DNA of 64,000 nucleotides, taken from positions 52,204,001 to 52,268,000 of the forward strand of contig CM060734.1 of the NCBI GenBank assembly GCA_030704615.1. Reading direction: 5' to 3'. Positions 1 through 11,872 of this stretch are shown here, piece after piece. Each line of letters opens with the position of its first letter. Position 1 is the stretch's first letter. The notes under the pieces are model-generated. The model saw only the letters and a list, made by a program, of their open reading frames with translations, was not told the DNA's origin and searched no databases. A program made the translations under genes and the position numbers. This DNA is from Takakia lepidozioides (lineage: Eukaryota; Plantae; Bryophyta).

Positions 1-1990
1 TTAGTAGTCTAGAGCCCATTTAATCACGCAACGTCGCTCTCATAGATCATGAAAGTTCACTCCTCGATTCTAATTCGTGGCATAAGGGCCGGATATATGA
101 AGGGTTGATGAAAGGCAGAGACATGCTGGGCTATTTCGTTCACTGCAGATTACTTCCCCCATTCTGAGGTCCATGAAGTGACCCTCCGCCACTCTCTCGT
201 TCAATTGATGTTGCTTGAAACAGAGACGTTATGCATCACATCCAATCAACTATTATCTATGTACAGAGAGGATACCAGGGGGTATACACGTTCAGTATTG
301 TAGGAGGGCAAATGAGGCTTTAATTAATTATCCTGGACATCAAGGAGATTACCTTGCTGATATCCCTTCTTTGATCTCGAACTTCCGAAGATAGCCGTGC
401 CCATCCAGCGGGTGGACGTTATAAGACCCATGGTCGTCTGAGAACAATCCGGGGCCGCAGAGATAGTAGACACCAGCAAGGTCTGCAGGTACAGAACCTT
501 CAACTGCTGCCAGTTCTAGCGGCTCCACCACCTCAGATCGCTGTGATTGGAATACAAATTGGTAGTCCCAGAACGCATCCAAATCTTCACCAATTTCTTC
601 CAGAGTTGTAGCTTCACGGTGTCGAACTTCATCTGTTTCCTCGATCAGAATTTGTGGAACTTTTCTTCGGTGCAATAACTGCTGTAACCCTGCATACACC
701 AGGATTGCAAAAAACTAAGATGATTAAGAGATTGCCGTAATTACTCCCGGGTCCTGAATCATTCTTTAGTTAGAGCTGTGGGTTGGAGCAGAGGATTGTT
801 GCACTCGAGTACATATGGTATATTAAGTTCTCGTACCTTTTGAAGCAGTACTGACTTTGAGGGCATCAGCAGTTGCTGTAGAGAGCAATACTTCTCGGGA
901 CTTCGGCCGCTCTCTAATCACCTGGCAAACTGGGCTTCCGAGTTTTTGAGTCTTTAAAGACGCGGATGCTGGGAGATAAACATTCCGAGTACCAAGTTGT
1001 AAATATGACGACGATGATCCCCATTTATTACAGATTTCAGCTCTACGTGCATGGGATGCTGATATCGGGGTGTTACAATCGCGCAAAATTCTGGAGGATG
1101 TGTCCATAGTTTTGGATTGGCGCGTCAGGCCCAGCCTCAGGGAAGAGCGACTGAGGTCTGGCTAGCTTGTCTGTCTCACCCAAATAATGAACAGTACACT
1201 TGGGGAGCTGACCAGCATGCGCTGTAGCTCTAAACTCTCATTGTGCTAGAAGCTCGTGTTTGCCGATCCGTTGCATGCCTGCGTTTCGTGAATTTTCACT
1301 TGAGGAGCCTCCCAACAGTCAAACCTGCACAAGATAATATAATGGGTTTTGTCAGTTGTCGTCCGAAATGGTCCTTGAAGCAAGGAATACACGGTAAAGA
1401 CTTCTACACAAAAGACGAATTCGCTGTCGGCCAGAGCGACATCGAAGCCCTGAGCCGACATCTAAGAATCAGCGATCCACCAAGCTTGCAGTGTTCAGTT
1501 TGCGGTAAGTCAGAGAGCTCAATTGTGCAAACACACGTACAAAGACAGGAAAGCAGAGCTGGAGGCGAGGTCAAGTGGAGCACAGGGAAGTGTGTGCGGA
1601 GGAGGAGTGATGTTGAAAGCAAGCTTTTATGCGTTGCGTGTGTGTGGGCCCCGAGTGGCGTTCAAGTGATCAGATCTTTGTGATGAGGTCAACTAACATT
1701 CCTAAGTTAGGCCTTCAATCTAGCTTACCTCCACTTTTTCATTAACTAATTCATTCATCCCTTTGATTTACACAACTTGAGAATGGTGCACCGCCAAGGT
1801 GGGCCCCGAGGGGAGGGGGGCTTTTGGCTGCGTAAAGACAAGAGGGTTCTTTCCAGAAGTCGTGGATGGCTGAGATCTCTTGAAGATCGGGGTGGATGGC
1901 TCAGATCCCAGAGCTAAAATAAAAGAATTGAGTTGAGAAAAGGAAACATGGCATGGGTAAGATCTAAGATCCCACTACAATCCCCGCCCT
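1..1990. repeat. Direct segmental duplication of about 57320-59325 (CCD7 intron 2, exons 1-2 and promoter)
   Basis: Position 1 TTAGTAGTCTAGAGCCC matches 57320 and stays collinear at high identity to about 1990. Patchy homology continues (2011-2100 vs 60742-60900; 3815-4060 vs 61220-61815). Confidence 0.95.
353..1107 (-). CDS. CCD7: Carotenoid cleavage dioxygenase 7, tandem paralogue; exons 1 (1107-837) and 2 (689-353) only, remainder runs off the left edge
   Basis: Exon 2 encodes DAFWDYQFVFQSQRSE...YLCGPGLFSDDHGSYNVHPLDGHGYLRKF, a CCD7 N-terminal signature. GT/AG sites match the copy at 57655-58409 and the frame is open. Functional status is unknown. Confidence 0.85.
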
Positions 1991-2773
1991 AGGGATCTAC
2001 CCTGCCACCCGTTGATGCAATATTCCGTCACCTGCCAAAACACCTAGGGTTTGTCGATATGTGCATGCAAAAGATGCGACTTCAAAAAGGACAACTAAAT
2101 GGATGAAAGCAAGACAACGTGATGGATGAAATAAATCTTAAAAAGGACAACTCAATGGATGAGGATCTGGGTAGAATACGAGGTGTTGGCAGAATATGCT
2201 TTGGCATAATCGTAGGCTTGATTTTGTATAGCCCATTATGATGTCCAGCCAATCAGAGGCTGTGGGTCAATTTGGGTAGCCTCTCTTTTCATCCATGGTC
2301 CAGAATCCGTGGATGAACTCGGATGAGAAAATTCCTGAAGCAAAAGTGTGCGGGCCGGGGTCAAACGTACGGAGCAATTTACGTCACTGAAAACAAATAA
2401 AACCTGCGCGCAGGGAATGTTTTGAAGGCCGGGCTATCCCTAATTTTCTGCAAATTAGGGGTGTCCAGCGCTTTGACCCGCCCACGTGGCAGGTACTTGG
2501 CGCCGGGCGCCGGCGAGGGAATTGAGGGGGCTTGCGTGGGCCCCCGCTGCACTCACAACAGCCACTGCAAGTCGACCCTTCAAATGTCTTGGTTTTTATG
2601 ACGTGGCCCGTCAAAAACCTGCCGGGAAGTTTTGCTGGCTTTAGGCCAAATGGCCTGAGTTCAAAAATTCGGTAAAAACGTAAGAACCACATCCTTAGGT
2701 CGAGATCTGTTCGTAATGAATTTCTGGGGGCAGATGAATGTGGTAGTCAGGAATGTATTTGTAAGGTTCAAAC

Positions 2774-3702
2774 CAGTGTTGTGCGGGTTCTGCCTTTTTA
2801 AGGAACCCGCCGCCGGGTCCGGGTGCGGGTTTTTTTTCGGAGCCAAGTCCGGGTCCGGATCCGGGTTTTTGAAATTTGGAAAATCCGGGTTTGGGTTCGG
2901 GTCCGGGTTTCTCAACACGTACTCAGGTTAGGGTCCGGGTAGTTGTTGGGAAATATTAGCGGGTTCACGGGTTCGGATCCGGGTCCTAATTTATTGATTA
3001 AATAAATTATAAAAATAAGATTAATCAGGGATAAAATCATTTTTGGCTGGAAAAAACTTTAAATCTTAATAATGAATTTTATTTTAAGAGACATTCCTTC
3101 AAAATATATCATGAATATGAATATGTATACCACAAATAAGAATTAAAATAGAAGTTTGAGTTCCATTTTCTATTTTTCAATATCAATTCTTTAAACATGT
3201 TAAGAATAGTAATATGCCTCAAGGATAGATCGCTGTAGCATGGATGTGTGGGAACTGGCCTAATAATAATATATGACGCCTCCTTTGGGAGGTGTAAATT
3301 ATGGTCCCATAGGGCACAACTTTGTGACACCACTCAGTGGATTGAACCCACAACCGCTTTTGAGGTGGTATGAGGGCATTACCATTGGGCTACAACATGG
3401 TGGGGCTGGCTGCTGCAGTGGCCTATTGCTGCTCGTCCCCTCCACACATATGACAAAACCTACCAGATCTAAGGTGGACCCCGCATGCCCATCTAAAATT
3501 AAGACCTGGACCCTGTCCCCCTACATTGGCCCGGGGGTAGCGGGTTTAACGGGTTCTGGACCCAGCAGGCGGGTCCGGGCCGGTTCCGGGTTCATTTTAG
3601 AAATGAACCCGGGTCAGGGTAGAGGTTTTTTGTGATAGCACGGGACCGGGTCCGGGTAACCCGGATCCTAACCCGCCGGAAAGCCGGACCCGCACAACAC
3701 TG
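2774..3702. mobile_element. hAT-type MITE
   Basis: TIRs CAGTGTTGTGCGGGT...ACCCGCACAACACTG, perfect 8-bp TSD GTTCAAAC (2766-2773 / 3703-3710), and CCGGGT subterminal repeats. Confidence 0.92.
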
Positions 3703-4752
3703 GTTCAAACTTCCGGATGATTCAGGGTAGCAAGATAGAGCTCAAGACACGCAAGTATGTAGTATGTACCTTTTGGGGGTGGCCCACCAAAATAGGTCTA
3801 GTCCTTTTAAGGTTAAGGATTTTTAAGGTAGATTCTACCATTTAGATTTAGAGGCAAACTAAGAAGCAGAATATGTGTTTGACGCAATGTGCTTTGGCAT
3901 ATTCCTAAGCTTGATTTCGTATAGCCCATTATGATGTCCAGCCAATCAGGGGCTGCAGAGCTGCTCATTATGCAATTCAAATTATTGCCAGTTTGACTTT
4001 GTAAAAGATCATTAAGGGTGCAGCCTCTAATTGGCAGAATGGGCAATGGCTTCCCCATTAGTTCTTTTTTTTTTCATTTCTGCCTTGGCGTGGAGGTGGC
4101 GAAATATTTTTGGGACTGAGTGCAGAGGTGACATGTACAATATCCACCTAGAATCCACTTGGCTACAGATATGCTATATATGGTGCAATATGGCGATCGA
4201 TGATGCAATATGGCAATATGGTTACTATACAATGGCGAAGGACGGCGATGGCGGAGAGCTCCGCGGGGTTTGTGATGTGGTCTATTGCAAGACATCGGTG
4301 ACCTCACTGGAGCTGCTTTCCTCCGCTGGGCTCTTCGTTATCATGCTGGCTTTCCTTTTTCCCTTTTGTGATTCCTCCTCCTCTCTTTCATTCCATCTTA
4401 TGTTTTTTCCTTCTTCCTTTCGTCTCCCTTTCATCTGTGCGACTGTTTTTTAGGGATCCTTTGACGTCGATCCCCAAATGGTATCCAGCGACTTCCTTCA
4501 AGACTCCCAAGACTTGTCGGCGCTTTGCTATCTCATTTCCCCTCCTACTTCTCTCTTCTTCAATTCCTGCTTGATTATTTTTTTTTGCTCTGACTTCCTC
4601 TATTTTTTGTCCCCTACTTTGCTTGAGCCTTGATGGCCTCCTTCCATCCGCGTCCGTCTCCCCCGCATTCCCCTTCCTTTGCTCGTCCGGAGGTTTATTA
4701 GTGTTTCTCGGAGCTGTCGGACTTTGCGTTTCCAATTCCGCCAGCTTTAGAT

Positions 4753-5440
4753 ATGGCATCGTTCATCTCAGCTGCGAACCATCACAGACGTGACAACAGA
4801 AGAGACGACAGGCAAAGAGCTCAAGGGTCTACAAATGCCCAAGTTCATGTGAATCGTGTTCCTCACAATGGGCCGGGGATACTGGGCAATGGCCCTTCTT
4901 CCTCTTTCAACCCATCTGCCGACTCTTTCCAGCTATGGAGTGAAAATGCAGGTGTGGTTGATGAGAATCAGCCTATTCTCAGCATTGACATGGATGTGGT
5001 TAAGAAGCACTCCTTGTTCTTTCAGGAAACGGGTGTTCTCGTGCATTTTCCTCAGAGGGCGAGGGACAGGTTCTGGGCCAAGCGCTAGGCCTTGGAGCAC
5101 ATTGGACCAGAAGGGGGGCTCACCCAGCATTTCTGCATCCCAATGGAACGGGGTTCTACTCCCTAATGTTTGTTTCGGCAGAACATGCTGAGAAGGTGCT
5201 CAATTTTAATACTTTGAAATCGAGATACAGGATGAACCTCTTCCCCTGGTCTACTGAATGGGGCCACAAAGGTGTGGTTACTTGTAAGCCCCGTATGATC
5301 GCACTCCCTTTCCTTCCTGGTAAATACCTCAGATCCCTGCCAGAGATTGGGGCGCACCTCGGTGCTTTCATTGGTTCGATCCTGCCAAACGACCATTTCC
5401 TATCCGATCCTCACAATGTGATAATGACGGTGGTCCAAAG
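4753..5440 (+). pseudogene. Truncated LINE ORF1 N-terminal part (DUF4283-like)
   Basis: GVLVHFP...NLFPWSTEWG...PRMIALPFLPGKYL aligns by eye with GILLHFP...NIFPWSKAMG...PRIISLPYIPDQYL of ORF1 at 11862-14678. Contains a stop and a frameshift. Confidence 0.8.
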
Positions 5441-5449
5441 CCCTCTTAG

Positions 5450-6133
5450 AGGATCTGGAATCTATAGCCCCCCATAAGAAATTCCGAATAAGAGACTTGA
5501 TCCGTTTCAAAAGAGCTGAGCTTGGATCCCAAACAGACGCTGTAAAGCAAAGAGAGGCAGAGAGGACCTAGTTGGCAATCAAAGCCTGACCAGCCAAGGA
5601 GAGCTGGGCAGAGCACCAGAAACGGAGGCGTTTTTTAAAGTGCGGAGAAATCCCCTTCGAATAACGAATCTCAGAGCTGAGGTGGTGACCAATGAGATGG
5701 CCTAGCAGATAATGGGATTCACCATCTGCTAAGGTCCACCGTAAGCCAAGATCCAGCCCCCAAGGGGGGATATGCGCAGCCCCGGCCGCACCCAAAAAGA
5801 GATTCCCTACGGATTTATCCCAATTCACCTTCAAACCAGAAGCAAGGCAAAAGAAGTTCAAGCACTCAAGCCCCAGGTTAATATTCTGGGTGTTAGAATT
5901 CCTAAAGTATAGAACAGAATCATCAACATACATAGACACTTTTAAATTACAGGGAGGGGAACCATGAACAGGGATGATGAGGCCGGTCAGCCTAACTTGA
6001 GTATCCATGAGGTAACCAAGGCAGTCAGCCGCAATCAAGAAAAAGAAGGGAGGAAGAGGGCATCCCTGCCTGACGGAACGCTGAAGAGGAAAGAGAGAAG
6101 AAAAACAGAGGAGAGGCAACCAGTGGTTAAAAC
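5450..6133 (-). pseudogene. Old LINE reverse transcriptase, 3' half
   Basis: RSVRQGCPL, MYVDD, SGLKVNWDKS and LSLAGQALIAN motifs. Continues into 15847-16205 once the hAT insertion is removed. Confidence 0.88.
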
Positions 6134-6160
6134 CAGTGTTGAGCGGGTATACGATTTGTC

Positions 6161-6837
6161 GGGGGTTGGTATCCTCTGAGCACAGCGTGAGCATGCTCAC
6201 GTAAGCACAACCCATGGTCATGGGAATTTTATGTTTTTTAACCTCGGTCATATGAGTTATATGTTTTCAAAATAGAATAAAACCATAAGCGGGTATAGTT
6301 TTTGGTGCATTTGTACGGTACATCTGCGCCAATTCAGCGAGGCGAAACATTTAGTAGTGTAGCTAGAAACCCTAAACCTATAGCGGTGGCGGTGAATTTC
6401 GCATTGAGAAATGATATGTGCTATGAGCACAAACTGAATTTCGCAATAATAAATGATAATTAAGGTGAATTTCACATTGAGAAATGATATGTGCTATGGG
6501 CACAAACTTAATTTCGCAGTGAGAAATTGTACTTTAGGTGAATTTTGCATTGAGAAATGATACGTGATATGGGCACAAACTTAATTTCGTAGTGAGACAT
6601 GATATGTAATATGGGCACAAACCTAAGGAGCGGTGGGTTTCGCATTGAGAAAAAGCCACGTCTATAGGGTAACATGTTCATCATGTATAGGGGCTACTTC
6701 TTCTTTATGTGTTGGTTTCGCATAGTTGTTAGTTTTGCCAATTTCATTTCGCTGTGGAGATTTCACGGAAATTTCGCAGAAATTTGGGGAATATGCCCTT
6801 GTGCTCGCGTGAGCATGCTCGCGCGCTACCCAACCTC
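6161..6837. mobile_element. MULE-like MITE with internal tandem repeats
   Basis: Imperfect inverted ends (GGGTTGGTA...GTGAGCATGCTCACG), about 9-bp TSD CGATTTGTC / CGATTTGCT, and 4-5 copies of GCATTGAGAAATGATATGTGCTATGGGCACAAAC at 6390-6650. Confidence 0.65.
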
Positions 6838-7699
6838 CGATTTGCTCGGGTATATCCGGGTAAGGTTACCCATATATACCCGGACCGGCAGGTTTTGTTT
6901 ACCTAGACACGGACCCAAATATGAAGGGTATCATTTATCTTTCCCCTGACCCCGATGAAGGGTAAATCATCAGCATTTACCCGATCCTTAGGGCCGGTAA
7001 TGTTTTTCTTGGCGGATAATGGAATTGGGGTAATAGGCTTGCTGACCTATGTTCTTGTGCCAAGGGCTGCCCTCACTCCATTGCCATTAAATATATCTCA
7101 AGGGGGAATCACAAAGCATTAAATAGGTACTAGCGCGGTCTTCTAGGCTGCTTCATTGCTTGCACATGTATGATGTACATACCTATATTTTGTTTTTATA
7201 CTCTAGTTGGGATTGAATTTTATTTTTTTATTTTATTTTTATTTTTATATTTTTCTCCGCCAAACAGGGCGAGGCCCTGATAGTGCTTTTATTGATAAGA
7301 TTATTGAAGGGAAAAAATTAAACCCTTTACCATAAGGGTGATCTCACGGTTTGCCGTGCTGGATAACTCTCGAATAGTGAACACATTACTAGGTACGTAA
7401 CAGACCCCTGAAAATAACCTCTCTCTCACAGCGAGAGGAGTCCTACCAATAAACTGGCATATCATGAAAATTACATGGTTTTGATCCAGAAAGAAGATGC
7501 TTATGGTGTCAAGACCGAAAGAGAGTAGATGAGAGAAGATGAGAGGGCCGGCGATCGGGGGTGGCGAGAGAGGAAGGACAGCCAAAGAGGAGCACAAGTG
7601 GAAGGTATCGATGGGCCCTAGCTAAGCAGTGAAGACATTCTATCTATGAAAGCAAAGCTTGGCCGAGGATGTGGGCCTGATGTGCTTCCAATTGACATC

Positions 7700-10600
7700 G
7701 GATCTTTCAAACTCAGGGGAAGCTGAAGAGCTCGGATCTGAGTCCCTGCCAAGAGTGTGGAACAGAGTCTGCCCAAACACAGGTGAGATCATAAGCGCAA
7801 CTACAAATGACCCCATGCTTCCCCCATGTTGTTCGAAGGCATGGAGGAGGGCTGGCTGACGTTGCGGCTTCCTGATAGCTTCTGCACACAATGAAGCCCA
7901 TGCCTTCTTAGCCGCTATTGTCAAAGAAGACCAGAGAGAGAAGGGCTGTAGGAGATGAGTTTTCATTGTTGAGGGCCCATGCACACCGGCATTTCCATAA
8001 ATTCCAGAGAGTGGAGGCCCTTAGGGTCTCAAAGACCGGGCATGAGGAAGCCTGGGATTTCTGTGCTTGATCATAGTTAAGCAAGATTTGCACCGGGGCA
8101 TCTGGCAAGAGGTCCCAATTCCTGTAGAAGTCCCTCACTAGCGGCCAGATGGCAGTGGGAGCTTTGCAGTAGATGAGGCAGTGCTCCAAGGTTTCGATGG
8201 TACCTATCGAGCAGCATTGGCATAGAAGAGCCTCTGCAAAGCTGAGAAATTGGCCTACTTTGAGGACTCGGTTGGCCACCTGCCAAAGGAAAGTGCTAAT
8301 CTTGGCTGATTTATATTTCTCCCATATTAAAGCCCAAATACACTTCCAGTTCTCATCAGCAAAAATTTTGTGCCCCCATTTATTATTCCATTTGGCATAC
8401 ATGGGAGCAGCCCCCAATAGGGCCTTGTACGCTCTCTTGGCTGTGTATGCAAAGAAGGGCAGGAGTTCATCTTTGAAGAGCCATTTCCATTCTGCCAGGT
8501 CAATTTGTAGAGTGGAAATCTGAGACCCTTCAATAAGAGCAAAAGAACTTTGTTGCAGCCATGGAATGATGGGAGAGCCCATAGGAGCTTGAGGGTTGAA
8601 TTGTTTGGATGGGTCAGACCAGTGGCAGATCCGGGCTGGTGAGCAAGAGGTAGAGGGTAGAGAAACTGTCTGCTGGGAGGAAAGAGAGAGCAGACTAGAG
8701 AAATCGTTAGCCTGGAATTGATAACCAGACACATGTAACCCTGAGGAGGCTATGAGGTAGAGGACATGGAGGTTCTGGAAGTTAGAGAGAACCCAACGGT
8801 GGGGAGAATGTGGGCCAGGGCCGCCTGCAAGAATAAGCTTCCACGAATCCGGAATGGATTGTATGATATCAGTTATGCCTGATTGAAGGTGTCTGGAACC
8901 CAGCGCTTGTTGGAGGGACTGGGGTGTACTATCCCAGAGATTTTTGACCGTGGAGACTCCTCTTGAATCCCAACCTACCCATCTTCTGGCCTGCTCTTTT
9001 TCCTCTCGGGATGGATTGTTGGAGTTAAGGAAAAGGTGTTGTCTCAAAACCTCGTGAAAAGAAGTTGGCTCATGTTTCCTCAGGAGGGGTCTAAAGTAGT
9101 TCCAGGCCTTCCAAATAGAGTTCCAAAGTGGGGAGCCCAGAGCTTTGTGGTTAAAGCCTTGCAGTATCCAACGGGATGAAGGCGCCCAGGCAGTGCTTTG
9201 CATAGGTGAGGATTCGGAGATGGAAGCTGCAACCATGAATTTCCACCAGCCACCTTCAGGTCCCACATATCTTGGAAGCCATTTACCAAGTAAGGCTTTG
9301 ATCTGAGTTTCAGGATCTAGAACCCCTAGGCCCCCCTGTTTTTTGGGGAGACATATTTGGTGTCAAAAGACTTGGGGTCTCATGTTTTTCTCAGATGAGT
9401 TTGCTCCCCAGATGAAGTTCCTGACAATTCTTTTTATTTCATTGAGAGTCTTAGAGTTTGGCCCCCAGGCTGCCGCAAAGAACCAGATTCTTGCTTGAAG
9501 GTTCACAGTAAGCGCCCTTCCAGTGATGGAAAGGAATCGAGAGCCCCAATATGTCATCTGCTTTTTGAGCCTCTGGATTATTGGGCCAAAGCGCTGGTCT
9601 TCGGTAAGGTTAATACCAAAGATATGGCCCAGCAAGGTGGTTGTTTCACCTTCACGCAACCAGACCAGCCCAAGGCGGCCCCCCCAGGTAGGCACGATGC
9701 CAATAGCAGATCTAGATGTATCCCCTAACCATGAGTGCTTTAGTCTTGGACCAATTGATTTTGAACCCTGAAACCCCACAAAATTGAAGCAGTGTGGTTT
9801 CTACTGCAGCCAGTGTAGATGGGGTGGCTTCCAATAGAAGAAAGGTATCGTCCACGAACATTGAGTCTTTGACCTGCCTCCAGAGGTGCGTTTTATGGTT
9901 CTTGAGCTTCAGGCCCTTGACAGTGCTATTGGCTTCAAGCATGTAACCCAAGGCATCGGCTACAAAGAGAAAGAGGAAGGGGGCCAGTGGACACCCCTGC
10001 CTGACCGATCTTTGCAATTGGAATGGCTTAGAGAGGTAACCATTGATGAGAACACGGCTGATGGCCCCTCTTAGGAGGATTGTCACCCATTGACAGAAGC
10101 CCACAGGCAACCCTGCTTTACGAAGGACTGCTATGAGGAACGTCCAGTCTACTCTGTAAAAGGCTTTCTCAAAGTCCAGAAGCCATAGAGCCAAGGCTTG
10201 GTTTGAATTCGTGGCATAAAAATCCCTATGTTAGACCTATCCCCTTTCTTAAAGAGCAGCGTTATGACACCCTGTGTCATGAAGGCTGGCATGTGGTCCA
10301 CATCTTTGATACCATTGGCCATATCACAAAAGTCCTTGGATATAGTGGACCACAGTGCCTTGAAGAACTCTACCGGCATTCCATCTATCCCATGGGATTT
10401 ATTGTTGTTCATAAGCTTAAGGGCTGCTTCGAGCTCTTTAATAGTGATCTCCTCCGCGAGCGGCATGGAATCAGCTGGTTTGAGCTTTTGAGGAAAATTG
10501 TCCAGGCACTGTGAAAGGCAGTTCTGATAAGAAGGGTCTTTGATGTCTTCATGAAACAAGGTTTCGAAATGGGTAAAGGCTGTTGTTGTCATTTCTTTGG

Positions 10601-11872
10601 GGTTGGTCGTTTTGACACCAGCAGAATTATACAGATCAGCTATGGTGTGAGTGGCTCGGCGGAGTTTCATTTTTTGGAAAAAGTATTTGGACATCTTTTC
10701 TCCCTTAGTTGACCAATTGATTCCTGCTTGCAACTTGATTTTGGCTTCCTGGAGGAGGTAAAAGTTTTCAAGGTTAATGCGTGCTTCCAGGTAAGTCTGA
10801 TAGGTGTGGTTGTCAGAGGACTTGGACTCCAATTTTTTCTGACAGACACTCAAGCATTTTTTAAGAGCTAGAGCTTTCTTCTTCTGGGCGGCAGTGATAT
10901 GTCTACAGAGGTTTTGACTTACTTTGCTGGCAGCTGTCAGTTTGGCTTGAAATCTGAGGATGGGACAGAGAAGGTAAAGCCCAGCAGAGGTCCAAGCTTT
11001 CTTGATTGCCTCTAGGAAGAAGGGGATACGAAGGTGAGAGGAGTTAAGCTTATATATGCCTCTCCCTCTGGGGTGGGAATTAGGAAGCTTGAGTGTAGCC
11101 GAGATCAAAGCATGGTCAAAACCTTGGTGGATTGGTTCTTGGTGGTTTTGAAGAGCAAAAGGGGCCAGAGCGAGCGAGATATAAAAACGATCCAACCTGG
11201 CCATACAAAGGTCGAGAACTGATCTATTATTCGTCCAAGTAAAGAAAGGGCTTGTGGAGGAGGCAAGGTGTGGGGGCCTATCAATTTCGGTAAGGCTATG
11301 GTTTTGAGTGAGGCTTTGCCAAGCCAAGTCCTCTTCAGCTAAAAGGTGGTGAGAGTTTTGGGAACCCTGTGCATACTGTTCTTTTCTGTCTTCTAAGTTT
11401 TCCACCATATTGAAGTCCCCAGCCAAAACCCATTTGTGGATTGCTGGTTTTGCAGCCTCTTGTCATTGAGTTCGAACCAGAGAGCTGATCTGTCTGAGGC
11501 AGAGTTAGGTGCGTAGATGTTGATGAAGCCCGTGGGCTCGGAATCATTGGGGAAGAACAGGGAGCAAAATTGAACTCTTCCCAGGACCCAGATCTCATCC
11601 TTGAGAATGAATTGTGTCAGGGAGGGGGATAGAAGGATAGCAGTACCTCCTTTTGTGCCATCGCAAGAGGGTTTCCAAAGAGCTGCTGACTTTGGCCAGA
11701 TTTGATCTGTGAGGCCTTGAATTTTCCTGGCACAGAGCTTATGTTCTTGAAGAAAAACAATAGCTTGTGAGGAAATCAGGGGTGCAAGCCAGATGGAGAG
11801 CTTTATTTTCTTATTAGCCATCCTGTCCAAGCCTAGACCCCTAATGTTCCATGAAGAAAGGCTAACCTGCAT
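7700..11872 (-). pseudogene. LINE ORF2 (APE endonuclease, RT, zf-RVT), frameshifted
   Basis: SWNIRGL, FLQEHK, NIYAPN, GDFN, RLDRF, FDH (EN); LDFEKAF, RQGCPL, FVDD (RT); CQCC...ETLEHCLIYC. Split over at least 5 ORFs, and the RPITLL-YKI segment is deleted near 10225. Confidence 0.9.

Noticed and set aside
2661-2931. Pro/Asp- and Gly/Ser-rich ORFs
   Set aside because: These are translations of hAT subterminal repeats.
4753-6133. Twin-priming inversion of a single LINE
   Set aside because: The inverted ORF1 lies on the 3' side of the RT, the wrong geometry. Two separate fragments are more likely.
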